Shown here: piece after piece, positions 1-16,800 of the stretch
Numbering within the stretch: the stretch's first letter is position 1
Layout: the number at the start of each line of letters is the position of its first letter
Origin: the human T2T-CHM13v2.0 reference genome, Homo sapiens
Assembly: GCF_009914755.1 (NCBI RefSeq)
Contig: NC_060927.1
DNA: 64,000 nt
Direction: 5' to 3' (one strand)
Made by a program: the position numbers and the translations under genes
The notes under the pieces: generated by a model
Seen by the model: the letters and a program-made list of their open reading frames with translations, nothing else
What the model was told of the DNA's origin: nothing
Databases searched by the model: none

Positions 1-997
1 GTAGGAAGAATAAACAAAAGCAAAGGTTTTTGCAGTTGTAGCGGTGAGGCATGTCTCTGCTGTGACATTTGCTCTACAAGCCGTAATTCGGCTTCTGCCT
101 CTTTAGTTAATTGCTGCAGCGAATTTAAAGAACAGTCTCCTTGCAGGGTTTGGTAAAGATGTGTAAGTTGATAGGTAGCAGCAATACTTAACATCGGTCG
201 TAGCCAGTTAATATCTCCTAATTGTTGAAAATCATTTAAAGTCTGTAACCTGTCTTTACAGAGAACTACTTTCTGAAGCCGTACACTCCTCTCCATTAAC
301 AATACTTCCTAAGTATTGGTATGGGGAAGTTGTTTGCACTTTCTCTGGAGCAATTTTGAGATTCCATTTGACAAGAGCTCGCTTTACTTCTCTGAATAAT
401 TTATGTAAAATTTGATCTGTAGGAGGGGCCAAAAGAATATCATCCATAAAATGAATGATATACGCAGTGGGAAACATATTTTGAGGCTCCTTTAATGCTC
501 CTCCCACAAAATGCTGAGGTAATGTGGGACTGTTAAGCATGCCTTGAGGTAAAACTTCCCATTGATAGTGAGACACGTTCTCTTTGATTAACAGAAGGCA
601 CAGAGAAGGCAAATAGAGGCTCATCCTTCTCGTGTAAGGAGGGTATAGTAAAGAAACTATCCTTAAGATCTATAATTACAAGAGGCCAGTCTCTTGAAAT
701 GGCCACTGGGGAAGGTAAACCTTGCTGTAATGCGCCCATCGGTTTAATTTGTGCATTAATAGCTCTCAAATTATGCAGCAATCACCATCTTCTGGACTTT
801 TTTTGGAATAACAAATACCGGTGAATTCCAGGGGCTGACTTTTCTGTATGTCCTGCATTCAATTGCTCTTTTACCAACAGATGAAGTTGATCTAGCTTCT
901 CCTGTGTTAGGGGTCATTGATCCACCCACACAGGTTTGTCACTAAGCCATTCTAATGGTAAGGGCTTAGGCGGAGGAGAAATATCAATGACCCCCGT

Positions 998-1010
<13 letters not shown>
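1..1010 (-). pseudogene. pol: HML-6 pol (reverse transcriptase), frameshifted and with stops
   Basis: Peptides [70 protein letters not shown] and PYQYLG are spread over ORFs 914-1162, 533-781 and 256-624. Confidence 0.93.
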
Positions 1011-2255
<1,245 letters not shown>

Positions 2256-3900
2256 AACAGGGGGGTGCCATTCTGATGAAATTTTGAGTGGCACTGATTA
2301 GCCCAGTGATTTCCTTTGTTATAGGGAGGACAGTCCTGGTATTTTTTCCCCTGGGTGGGGCACTGCATTGTAAGATCCTTTCTGTCCTGAGATCTGGTGG
2401 CATTCCTTTTTACAATATCCAGTTTTTCCACAATTATAACACTTTCCCATTTTAGAGCCTGACCCTTGGCTCCTTTTAGATTTGTCAACTACTAAATTAG
2501 CTATTACTTCAGCTAGCATTGAAGAGCAATGAAGTTCAGTTCTTACATCCTGACAAGCTCTGAGAAAATTTCCCAAGTTCTTTGTACACCTCACCGGTGC
2601 CAGTGCGCGTTCATAATCTGCGTTTGCATTCTCAAAAGCTAGAGTAAAGGTTAGCATTTCTGCAGCCAAGGTATGAGGAATCTGACGCTTCACTGCATCT
2701 TGTAATCTTGCAAGAAATTGTGCCTAGGTTTCTTGCGACCCTTGCGTGATATGTAAAAAGGATTATACTGGGACTCCCTCTTAAGGAATTGTGGCCCAGG
2801 CGCATTTAGTGGCCTGTGTGCACTGCTGATAAGCAGCATTTGTGAGTATCATTTCATGTTCCAGGTCTGAATAAGGGCCATTACCCAATAGCATATCCTT
2901 TATAATGTCTCCGTTTCCAGCAGCATGGTTCTATCCAGCCTGGTCTGCACCCAGTTCTTGCCAGTTTAAATTCCATGTCAGATATGCGCTAGCAGACAAG
3001 CAAGTTTGCGCCAAGTGTTTCACATCAAAGGGTAGAAGACACATAGCACCAAACACAGATTCTAGCAATCCTAAAGTGAATGGGCTCTGTACGCCATTAT
3101 TTACCACACTCGCTTTTAATTCCTTTAACAACTTAAACTCTAGTGGAGTGTGTTCATGATTAAGCTGCTGTGGATTATTTGGATCAGGACTTACGGAAAT
3201 AGGAAAAGCACGAGGTCCTAAGGGCTCTCCAGCCATGGCAGCAGAACGTAAAATTCTTTGTATTGGGGTCTCTGTTTCTGCCACCGAAGGAGGCGGTACA
3301 GATGTTTCTGCAACTGGAGGGGGCGGTATAGGCCAATTTTTATCCTCCCTCTCCTGTTTTTTATTTTCAATTGGAGCTGTGGGTGGGACAACAGATTCTT
3401 TCAGATTTTTAGATTCAGCCTGCTGTCCCGCAGAATAATAAGGAGATAATGGCAGAAGTACAGTACGAACTAAACTCCAAGAGGAGAAAACTGAAGAATA
3501 ACTTTAAAACCTTTTTGATGAACCTGTTTTAATCCTTCTCCTGCTCTGTCCCAATTTTCCACATCAAGAGTGCCTGCCTGTGGAAACCATGGGTTATGCA
3601 TAATAACCTCCCATAGCATCTTAGTTAATGTGAGAACTAACCTGAGCACCAGTTTGTTTCAACAAAACTTTAAGCAACTGCACATAATGTTTTTCTTCAA
3701 CAGACCAATTCTGCCCCATGTTACCCTGATTCAGAAAACTTCCCATTCCCAGTACTACTTTAAGGCACTGCTCCCAGTAGCTCTTTAGGGCACTGACCAT
3801 AATTATATCCGCTGCTGGCAGACTCATCCCGGGCTCCCTGTTCGCCTTGTCAGTTTCAGTTCCTCTGCTCCAGCAGATCTTCTTCATTCACGTCCTCAAA

Positions 3901-3920
3901 GTCCCTTTTCTGGGGTGCCA
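3901..3920 (-). promoter_or_regulatory. Primer-binding site, degenerate tRNA-Lys3
   Basis: Minus strand TGGCACCCCAGAAAAGGGAC, 3 nt after the LTR end, versus the Lys3 PBS TGGCGCCCGAACAGGGAC. Confidence 0.75.
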
Positions 3921-3923
3921 CTA

Positions 3924-4352
3924 TGTAACCCACATGGACCTAGGGGGACTGAACAAAGGGGGGCAAACGCGGGAATAAAAGACAAAGACAAAAGAGCATA
4001 TTTGGAAGAAGGGGTCAGGGAGCACCTTGCCTCTAGTGGACAAGGGCCCTGAGCTTTACACAGCCCTCCATATTTATTAGGCAAAAGAGATAGCGAGAAG
4101 GTGGGTGTGGAAGAAGGGGTCAGCTGCTTGGTCCAGAGTAGGCTTGCAAGACTGCATTCTCTAGATGTCCCAGTAGATAACCTCAAGGAGCTTGAGGCCA
4201 GGAAGCGATTGCCCTCAGCAAACCTTCTGGCAGTGGGAGCAGTCGTGAGTTTGCCCAGATCCTGCGTTCATGATAAACAGTTTGTTGTTTGATCATATAG
4301 CATCCAGTGGAATGCTGAGTTGGTCAGTCCCACGGGCGTTCGGCTCCCTGCA
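3924..4352 (-). mobile_element. 5' LTR, LTR3-type (429 bp)
   Basis: TG...CA termini (TGCAGGGAGCCGAA...GGGTTACA), internal AATAAA, directly followed by the PBS. Confidence 0.88.
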
Positions 4353-4450
4353 AAGTGGGAACTAAATAATGTGTACACAAGAGTGTAGAGTGTGGAATGG
4401 TAGACAATGGACACTCAAAAGGACGAGGGGGGGGCGAGTGTGATGGATTA
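4353..4450 (+). mobile_element. L1PB-like 3' UTR fragment (HML-6 integration target)
   Basis: AAGTGGGAACTAAATAATGTGTACAC... matches the L1 3' UTR also seen at 24266 onward. Confidence 0.7.
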
Positions 4451-4451
4451 C

Positions 4452-4725
4452 TGTTACCGAAACACCAGGGGTTTGGTGTAGGTACTGCTGCTGGCTGCAC
4501 AGAAAATCAGTGACTGAGATGACGAGTATTACCAAGGAAGAAAGCTTTAATCAGGTGCTGCAGCTGAGGAGATGGGAGCTCAGTCTCAAATCCATCTCCC
4601 TGACCAACTAAAACTAGAGGTTTATATAGCAGGAAAGAAATGTAACAATGTGTAAAAAAACAGGAACTAGGGAGGGGCAAGGAAGCAATCATGATGAATG
4701 AGGGGGTCAGGCATCTCATTGGTTT
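4452..4725 (-). mobile_element. ERV1 (MER4-group) LTR fragment
   Basis: Minus strand ends ATTAAAGCTTTCTTCCTTGG...TTTCGGTAACA, with a TATATAAA box upstream. Confidence 0.65.
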
Positions 4726-4975
4726 GTGCTGGGAAGCATTGCCACCTGAATAAGAAGTGGTCCACAGACACGGATGATCAGTCAAATGCACCTAGGAGCC
4801 AATGGTCAGCCAAGATCAGGAAAAACTGACCTAAGGAAATCGATCACTGGTGGAATCCTTAGCAGAAAAGGCATATGTAACTCAGGGTGGGAGGAAGAAG
4901 GTCTCTCTTAAGTTATATCCCTTGTTGCCCTCTGCAGTGTATTGAGTTCAGGCCAGGAAGAAGTAGACAGAGTGC

Positions 4976-5579
4976 TGAAGCCATCCTTGCAGAGTTAACA
5001 AGAATTTTGGACAGAAATACATATAATGAAGCATTAATCAGGGTACACTTCCACTCACTTCTTTGTAACCAAAAGTCACGTAGCACTTGATACTGACCAT
5101 TGGCATCCCTGTTGTTCCTATAGATAGGATTTCTGATGTTAGAATCATAAGGCTTTTATTTAAGATAGATAAGATCTGAGTCATGTACATGAACAAAACA
5201 ATCATAAACAAAATCAGAAGGTTTTTGTTTAAGAATTTCTAAGATGTTTTCCAGATCCCAAATTCCAGCCAAACAGCTGTTGCCAACTAGTTTGAAGACC
5301 CCTCCAGACGAATGGATCATAATGAAAATACAGTTTCTTCATCCTCTTGTCCCATGACTTCACCCTGCACTCTTTGACCAGTCAACAGTCTCCACACTTT
5401 GGCTCACTCCAAAACCCTTAAAAACCCTAGCCACAAACTCCTCAGTGAGACAGATTTGAAGTTTCTTCCCATCTCCTCATTCAGTGGCCCTATGATTAAA
5501 CCTCTTTCTCTGCTGCAACCCGGTGTCTTGGTGTACTGACTTGCTCTGTGCATCAGGCAATGAACCTATTACAGTTACA
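4976..5579 (+). mobile_element. Solo ERV1 LTR (LTR26-like)
   Basis: TGAAG...GTTACA termini, ATTAAA polyA signal and a 4-bp TSD GTGC/GTAC. Confidence 0.75.
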
Positions 5580-5709
5580 GTACCTCAGAGGGTCCTCTGG
5601 AGACCTGGATTCCGTAATTTCAAGGTACCTTGAAGGATCCCTGCTTGTCCAGCAGTAGGGCCCATGTGGAAACATGGAGTTAAGGGAGCCACCACCACTC
5701 TGCCAAGCA

Positions 5710-5880
5710 TCAACTTAATCAGATCTCTTAACAACACTATGAAGAAGAGACAATCAATATTTGAAATTTGCAGATAAGCCAGCAGAGGTGCTCAGAGGTT
5801 AAAGTCACTCACAGTTAATCAGCAAGAAAATGGTGGTTGAGTGGGATTCAGTCCAACTTGTCTGGCTCCAAAGTCTCAGG
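5710..5880 (-). mobile_element. MIR
   Basis: Degenerate MIR core (GCTCAGAGGTTAAAGTCACTC...GGGATTCAGTCC...TCTGGCTCCAAAG). Confidence 0.55.
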
Positions 5881-6080
5881 TTTCTAGGGCTTGGTTTAAG
5901 GGGAGCCACACTTGTTTCCAAGATTGGGCTTGGGGTTGGGATTGGTTGTTAAGCAGTCTCTTGACTCCTTAGGCTGGCTGGGACTGTCTTCCTCCACTCT
6001 TCTTCCTACTGCTCTCAGAAATGTGTGGTGTAGGTGCAGTGCTTGTTATATAGGGGTCAGACTAGCATTTCAAGAGTTCG

Positions 6081-6220
6081 TTTTTTTTCTTTTTATTTTT
6101 AGTAGAGATGGGGTTTCACCATGTTGGCCAGGCTGGCCTCAAATTCCTGACCTCAGGTGATCCACCTGCCTCAGCCTCCCTAAGTGTTGGGATTACAGGC
6201 GTGAGCCACTGCAACCAGCC
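6081..6220 (-). mobile_element. AluS left arm only
   Basis: Left-monomer sequence ending at the A-rich linker. Confidence 0.85.
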
Positions 6221-6249
6221 TCAAGTTTTCATTTCAATACTTCTTTTAA

Positions 6250-6665
<416 letters not shown>

Positions 6666-7004
6666 GGCAGCTTCTTTGAAAGTTAAACAAACACCCATGT
6701 GTTTGTTTACCTAGGAGTCATCTGGCTCCTAGGTATTTACTAGAGAAAGCCAAAAACAATTTCCGTGCAAACATTTGCTCACAAAAGACCGTAGCAGCTT
6801 TACTTGTAATAAAGCAAAACTTAAAGCAGCCCTAGTGTCCATCAGTGGGTGAAAGGATAAATCAACTGTGGAATATCCACACAGTGAAATACTCTCAGCA
6901 TTAAAAAGAAACAGATTCATCATCACCCTACAATGTGAGTGAACCTCAAAATAATGATGCTAAATGCAAGAAGCAAGAAAGAGTACATAATGTATGATTC
7001 CATT

Positions 7005-7140
7005 GTTTTCCGTTTTTAGTTTTTAGAGGTGAGTCCTGCTATGTTTTCTAGGCTGGACTTAAATTCTTGAGCTCAAGAGAGTCAACTGCCTCAGCTAGCC
7101 AAGTAGCTGGGACCATAGGCATATGCTACTGCACCTGGCT
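7005..7140 (-). mobile_element. FLAM / Alu monomer
   Basis: Diverged monomer flanked by TGATTCCATT on both sides. Confidence 0.75.
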
Positions 7141-7392
7141 TGATTCCATTTATGTAAAGTTCTAGAAAATGCCAACTAATTTATAGTGACTGAAACAGAT
7201 CAGATCAGTGGTTGCCTGGGGTTTGGGATGAGGGAAAGATGGATTATAAAGGGGCGCAAAGCAACTGTTGGGGATGATGAAAAAATTGGCGTCTTGATTT
7301 TGGTGATAATTTCATGGGTTTCCACATATGTTAAAATAAATCAGAAGACACACTTTAAATAGGTGCAGTTTATTGTACTTTAATTATACCTT

Positions 7393-7760
7393 GTGATAGC
7401 CAGTTTTATGTGCCATCTAGGCTAGGCTGTATTCCACAGCTATTCAATCAGACATGATTCTAGGTGTTGTAGATGTGATTAACATCTACAATCGGTTTAC
7501 TTTATGGAAAGGAAATTATTCCTAATACTCTAGGAGGCCCGATTCCTCCTAGAGTTGAAAGGCGTGAATGCAGAACTGGTTTCCCTGAAGAAGAAATTCT
7601 GCCTGTGGATTGCAGTTAGCCTTTACCTGAGAGTTCCAGCCTGCTCTTCCCGATGGCTGCCCTGCAGAGTTTGGATTTCCCTAATCAGTCCCTACAATTG
7701 TGTAAGACAATTTCTTGCAATAAATCTCTATCTAGTACCTATTATCATCTTATCTGTCTG

Positions 7761-7804
<44 letters not shown>

Positions 7805-7934
7805 CGCATCCATCTATCTATCTATCTGCCATCTATGTATCTATCATCTATCGATCATCTATCTTGCTACCTATCTCCTACATCCTACTGGATATCCTAC
7901 TGGTTCTGTTTCTCTAGTGAAAGCCTGACTCATA
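7393..7934 (+). mobile_element. MLT2-type 5' LTR of ERV-L
   Basis: TGTGATAGCCAGTTTTATGTG start, CAATAAATCTC, internal (TCTA)n, end CTGGTTCTGTTTCTCTAG...CCTGACT, followed by the ERV-L leader. Confidence 0.82.
7757..7862 (+). repeat. (TCTA)n microsatellite
   Basis: About 11 perfect TCTA units plus degenerate flanking units. Confidence 0.95.
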
Positions 7935-9305
<1,371 letters not shown>

Positions 9306-9749
9306 AGGTACTTAAACTCTCAATCACATTATTTATAGACAGTCTCAGGGTTCAGTCCCACAAATTGCAGCCTGTGAACATTTGAATTTGCTAGTTGATT
9401 TCAGAAAGAAAATCTTAGTTCCCAATTTCTAATTTCAGTGACAATGATGTTAAAAAAAAAACTTTCACTCTTACTTCTATATAACATGCAGTATACGTAT
9501 TCCATTTCCCACTTTTAGCAAAAAAGAGGAAATGGTGCCTGGCTACTTTTCACTTCCACTTGGCTGAGGACTGAATACTCATGACCAATGTCCCTGACAA
9601 AGTTTTTGTGTTTGTGTATACACCTTTATTGAGGTGTGTGTAAATAAACGTTCCACCAAAGAAACAAAACCAGAAGAATGGATATCTACAGCTATCGTCT
9701 ATATTTATATCTATATCTATCTTTACAATAAGAAAGTCATACTTTCTAT

Positions 9750-11414
9750 TAACATGATACAACTGAAATTGTGCTAACCTTTTCCCTGGAACAGGTTGCA
9801 GTGTCCTTGAGTGATAGTAGTTCTTTCCCTAGATACCTTGTAACTTAAATACTAGGACGTAAAGTCAATCACTGTTAATACATCTTATGTTAGATGATAA
9901 GAGTATAAAGAGGGAAAAACTCAAAAATATTTGCTTAATGCATATCTATCCGTACAAACATATAACAAAATAGAAAGAAATACTCATATATAGTCCTCAT
10001 TTCTGCATCTGGTCATATGGTCATAGCTGTTTATATAACATAGCTGTATCTATTTATAGATACCTTCTTCCACTACCCATGACTTATTCCTTTTGCCCTC
10101 AGTAAGCACCTAAGCTTGCCATGGTTCTTTGCTTGGTGGGTGACCCCAATCTTCATTTCTGAAACCTGGGCCATTAGCAGTTCTTCCTGAACTCGGTTGT
10201 AGTTCTCCATTGACTTTAATCACAGGACATGGTAGTACTAATAGGTGCCCTAAGGAATCTCTTGTATTACAAATATACTTTGTCTTCTTCTATTGTGTAG
10301 TAGCAGCCCAATTTCCCTTTGGTAATCAGGATCAATCATCCCAACCAACACAGCACTCCCTTATTTGCCTGTTAATTCATAGGTAAGAGGAGCCCAAAGT
10401 GGCAGGGTGGCAGTTTTAACTTGTAATTCAATGGAATCATTGTTGAATCTCCTGGTGGAAGCATTCCTCCCTTTGTAACTAAGACCTGTAGACCAGCTGA
10501 GCATAAGGTCACAGGAACAGAAGCAAACATTTTGCTAGGGGATTACCTATGGTAATAGTGAGTGGTGCCACTCCCATTTCTATCTCCTGATTCCTGGACC
10601 GGTGACTCCTGGCTATGGAGAAACAGTATGTATATTGGATGCTGATTTACAGCACACACATCCTCCTGGAGGACGCTTCCCCAGTACTACAAGATATTGC
10701 CATCTGGCTGCCACCATAATTGAGTCTTCACAGGCCATTCCACTATTCTATCAAGCCTGCTGCTTCAGGATGATGGGGAATATGGTTAGTCCAGTAAATT
10801 GAATAGGCATAAGCCCACTGCCACACTTCATTTGGTGTGAAGTGAGTTCCTTACTCAGAAGTAATGTTATGTGGGAATACCATGATGGTGGAAAAAGTAT
10901 TCTTCAAGTCCACAGATGGTATTATTACTATTTTATTTTTTATTTTTTGCAGAAGCATTGCATTCAGAAAAAGCAAATCCTTTTTGGTGGGGGGAATGGG
11001 AGGAAAGCAAATCTGTGTCCAGAGTAAGTGTCTATTCCAGTAAGAACAAAACACTGCCTCTTCCATGATGGAAACAGTCCCGTGTAGTCAGCTTACCACT
11101 AAATAAGCTGGCTGATCACTCTGGGGAATTGTCCCTATCAGAGACTCAGTGTTGATCTTTGCTTCTGGCCAACTGAATGCTCAGCAGAGGCTGCAGCCAG
11201 GTCAGCCTTGGTGAGTGTAAGTCCATGTTGCTGAGCCCATGCATAACTTCAATTCCTGCCACCATGGCCACTTTGTCCATGAATCTGTTGGGAGATGACA
11301 GGAGTGTCTGGAGAAAGAAGCTAACTGACTCACAGAGTGGATCATCCAAACCACTTGATTATTAAAAATTTCCTCTACTGAGTTCACCCTTTGGTGAACA
11401 TTCACGTGGGACAT
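9750..11414 (-). mobile_element. ERV-L internal 3' half (RNase H end, integrase, dUTPase), opposite orientation to the 5' half
   Basis: SHVNVHQRVNSVEEIFNNQV. Integrase GHGGR...AWAQQHGL.LTKADL and VLTGIDTYSG. dUTPase GGMLPPGD.TMIPLN.KLKLPP.HFGLL at about 10300-10500. Confidence 0.85.
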
Positions 11415-12074
11415 TCCCCTGCATTCCCTTCTCTCTTATGGGATGTTGCTCAACTTCCTTGCTGAGAACCTTTGGGCTGAAGCATGGCTTCCAAGGACTC
11501 CTTAGGACAGTCCTTTTAAAATCAGAAGATACAGCCATATCTCAGTGAAGCTGGAGCCTGGGGTCCTGCGAGGGGAAAGGAATATGGGGAGTTAGAGGTA
11601 CAGAGGATGGGGGTTAGGCGGCTGATGCCAGAAGGAGTCATGGGGGTGCCAGGCCTGGGCTTCTTTCCCTGGTCTCCTGGGCATCTGGGCATGGTGACTG
11701 AGAAAGCCCCAGGTGAGTGTAAAGCATTGGAATGGGGGCTTGAATTCAGAGGCCCAGCTAGGTCCAGCACTGTGGGCAAAGCTGGATTTGAAGAGTCTGG
11801 CATAGAAGGTATCTTCTCTGGGATGGATTCCATCCCCGGAACCCCTAAGGGAAGGGTTTTGTGTGGCAAAGGATCATGAAGGGAGTGCCATAAGCTTTTG
11901 GAGGTGTCAGCCAGACTCCAATTTGGACAGTGCCCATTACATACAGAAGACGTTGAGTCAGCAGAATTGGGCCCAGGGCACCTCTGGGACTTTGGGGCTT
12001 TTTCAGTGAGTGGTTAGGGTTCAGGAGAAAATAGATGGTTTCTGAACTCCTTGGGGAGATGCAGGCCTCCTGGA

Positions 12075-12545
12075 AGCAGGACCAGTGGATGTGAGTCCCT
12101 GCAGCAGCCATGGACATGCCCGCTCAGCTGTCCTTCAGGAGACCCTGCTGCAGGATGCATGGTGGAATGATGGCCTCAGCTACTTCCACCATGAACACTG
12201 AGGCCACATGCCAGTCTCCCCACACCCCCCACTACTTCTGGCTAATGACTGAACTTGGAGCCCTCCCATTCTTGCCTGGAGCAGAACTCCTCTAAGGGCA
12301 ACTTTTGCCCTGGGTCTCCCCATTGGCCTTGCCAAGACTTCCTCAGAACTTTCTATGTTACGGTCTAAGGTTCAACCTCCTGGATCCTTTTTCCTTCCCC
12401 CTTCCTTTTATAGGTGCTGGATCTGCATCTCTGTCTAAAGGCTCTCCCTGCCTACTTTTGCTCCTTCTCCCGTTACTCTTTTGGGAATTTTCCCCAATAG
12501 TTCTCTTGTATCTCTAATTCCCTCTTGGGGTTCACTTTTGAAATT
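12075..12545 (+). mobile_element. LTR16-like ERV-L LTR
   Basis: CTTCTGGCTAATGACTGA, GGGCAACTTTTGCCCTGGG and TCCCCAATAG...CTAATTCCCTCTTGG resemble the LTR16 family. Confidence 0.55.
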
Positions 12546-12754
12546 CCAACAGAACAGGAGCTCAGGGCCATTCTGGCTTCTCAAGCCTAACATGGGCCAT
12601 CCTTTCCCCAGGAGGCAACAGGGCCTTGTGGAAAGGAGCAGAAAGGAGGTTGGCAGCATCCAGAGGGCCTGTCGTCTCCGATGGAACTCCTAGCCTATCT
12701 CTGGGCTGGGGTGGCTCTAGTGGTGGAAGATAGGAGAGTTGGTTTTGGATCTGG

Positions 12755-12921
12755 GCAGAAGTATGCAGGAGCTGGCTCATACCAGTTTGTGTTCTATTTT
12801 TAGGAAAGTTGCAAGCTTGAAATCAGCCAAAGTGGAAGTATTTGGACCTCAAGACAAACACTGCAAATCAGAGCTTTTTCCTTTAGAGACCTGGTTGTTA
12901 AAATTTACTAGCACACCACTG
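12755..12921 (-). mobile_element. MER63-like hAT MITE
   Basis: Minus strand begins CAGTGGTGTGCTAGTAAATTTTAACAACC. Confidence 0.6.
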
Positions 12922-13751
12922 AATGGAAGGTTATCATTTTCTTAGAATTGCTATTGGGATAAAGTTCCGAATTATTATCCTAGCTGCTATAGCTCTATCA
13001 TTCAGGGTCCCAGTAGGAATCAAGTGGCTCTCTCAAAAAGGTAATTGATGACAATTCAAGGAAGAGACCATTTACAAAGGTGTGGCAGGATATAGGGAAT
13101 GCAAGAAGGGATGGTAAAGTATCCCTGATCTAACAATAGTGGGAAGCTGCTACTAATCCTAGGCCTGAGCACATAGGAGAAAGAGCCATTGGAGAACCTA
13201 GTAAGACCTAAAGCCTTAGGAGAGGGCTGCTTGGCAGGGCACACAGCCGTGGGCAGAGGAACATGGTTACTTTCACCCCAGTCCAGCAGAGACGAAACCA
13301 GAAAAATACATACTCCACTTTCTTTTTCCCCCGACCCCTGAGTTCCCCTGTCTAAACTCCTGCTGGTGCCTCCACTGTCGCCAACCAGGAGAAAAGGGAA
13401 CTGTGGGTGCAGCTCATACACATCAGTCCTCAGAAGCACAAGGCAGGTGGAAAAGGTGGAAGGTGGATCTACATGAACACCCAAGGGCAGAGCCTCGGGT
13501 GATCTGTCCTTATGCCACCTGCCCAGCCTAACTCGATGCCCACTGCCCTTGCCCACTGCACTGTGGGGCACACACTGTTTCCTCTGCCTGAAAACTCTCT
13601 CACGTCCCCCTTCCCCTAGTTCATTACTTCTCATCTTTGGCTTAAATGTTAACCTCCTAAACATGTAATCCTCTTTGTTGATTGTACCCTTTGGCACACT
13701 GTTGTTTATCTGCTTATGGCAAATCTTTTTTCCCAATGGTTATTACTAATA

Positions 13752-14042
13752 TTTTTTGAGACAGGGCCTCGCTCTGCCACCCAGGCTGGAGTGCAGAGGT
13801 GCAATTATGGCTCACTACAGCCTTGACCTCCTCCCAGGCTTGAGCAATCCTCCCACCTCAACCTCCCTAGTAGCTGGGACTAAAGGTGGATGTTACCATG
13901 CCAGGATAATTTTTTTATTTTTAGTAGAGACAAAGTCTTGCTGTGTTGCCCATCCTGGTCTCAAACTCCTGGCCTCAAGTGATCCTCCCACCTTGGCCTC
14001 CCAAAGTGCTGGGATTACATGTGTAAGCCAATGTGTCTGGCC
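13752..14042 (-). mobile_element. AluJ (Jo-like)
   Basis: Full diverged dimer. Confidence 0.87.
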
Positions 14043-14306
14043 CCTAATGATTATTTAACAATAATAATACCAGTATTCAACATTGACTGAACACATATCA
14101 TGTGCCAGGCACTGCGTAATTATTTGTTAGACTCTTTTAGACTACAGTCTCCATAAGGGCAGGGATCATGTCTCTGTATTGTTCATTGGTCTGTCTCTCC
14201 AGTGCCTAGGGCAGTAGCTGGCACATACCAGGAACTCAACAAACATGTATGGAGTAAAAAAATCCCACAATGAGCCTTGCAAGTTTTTCCTAGCTCTCTT
14301 GTATCA

Positions 14307-15115
<809 letters not shown>

Positions 15116-16016
15116 ACAAGTAATATTGGTTAGGGGAAAATCCCCAACCTGCTTTTCCTTCCCACCTTCACCCATCCCACACTTTCAGGCTCCCCTTAGG
15201 GACTGTTACCTGCAGGAGTCTTGCTAGCTTTCTAGCAACTTAACTTTGATGTGGCTTTAAGAGAGGTGCCTGAGCTTCCATTTGCCACACTCTGGGGAAT
15301 CCCCCAAATGCTAACCTGTCCACTCTACAACAAGCTCCGGCAGCTGAGCTGTTCTGGGCCACCTGCCAAATATCATATGATACTCCCTTGATGTCGGGTG
15401 ACAGTAAAATTCACCGACTCCTGGGTGGAGGCCCTTTTCTTTGAAGCCTGCTCTGCTCACCCAACCACACACAGCCCACTTACACGGCATCACCAATTAG
15501 AGTTGGGGAAATGCAGGTGGTGGCCCCGGGCTACACCAAGCTCCACTGCTGCCTTGCTCTCTGGGTCAGATCTGTCTCAAGCAGAGCAAATTACTGCTGG
15601 AATCACCAGGGCTGTGAGGAGCTTCAGAGAATGACCAAGGTTAGCACTTAGAGGACTGAGCCCTGGGCGGTGTGCTCTAAATGTGTGTAGGGTCCTAGAT
15701 GAAGGCTTTTGGATATTTCTGGTAGCACCAAAGACTAAACAGGCATTTGAGAAGCTTGAGGCGTCTTTGCCTGCTCCAGGGCCTCCGGAAGAGGCCACGT
15801 AGGGATGTCCCTGGGGCATTTGCTAACTCATTCTCAGAGGAAGATCCGAGGAAAATATATTCACTCCCTTGTCTCACTCCTTTGCTGCTCAAGCACATAA
15901 GGGTGGGTGGAAGGAGGGAGGCTAGCGACAGCATTCCTGGTGGAGGGAGCGAGGGTAGTAAGCACAGAGTGTGTTGTGATGCAGCAAGACAGGCTCACTA
16001 GGACCAGACCATGTAG

Positions 16017-16411
<395 letters not shown>

Positions 16412-16434
16412 CACAGCCATCATTTCTTAGTGGG

Positions 16435-16800
16435 AAGTTGGTGTGGACTACACTAGGTGAGGCTCCTGGCATATATAGGTTCCCAGGCTCCACCCAGACC
16501 TGTAGAAACAGAAGCTCTTTGGATGGGGCCCAGGCCTCTGCATTTGTAACAAGTGTCTAAGCAGTCATGAAGAAGGAAGCCAGGCAGAGTAGAGGTTAAT
16601 TCCATGGGTCTGGAGTTAGACCACGGGGGTTTAAACCCAGGTTCTAGCATTCAGTGCCTATGCAATTTTGGCACCTCAGTTTTATTATCTGAATTGCAGA
16701 TAATTATAACACCGACTTTACTGAGTTGGTGTGAGGATTAAATAAATTAATATGAGTTAGATACTTACTACATAGATGGTGGGTCCTCAATAGCTGATTT
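16435..16800. mobile_element. MER5A fragment followed by MIR
   Basis: GGGGCCCAGGCCTCTGCATTTGTAACAAG (MER5A). CCTCAGTTTTATTATCTG...GTGAGGATTAAATAAATTAAT (MIR). Confidence 0.6.

Noticed and set aside
7757-7862. (TCTA)n arrays here and at about 52230-52300 as a possible shared system
   Set aside because: Ordinary microsatellites in unrelated LTRs. There are no spacers and nothing CRISPR-like.
13056-13736. Longest ORF in the window (226 aa, minus strand)
   Set aside because: Non-ATG start, no recognisable domain, and it appears to span old L2/LTR-like fragments. Treated as a chance ORF.
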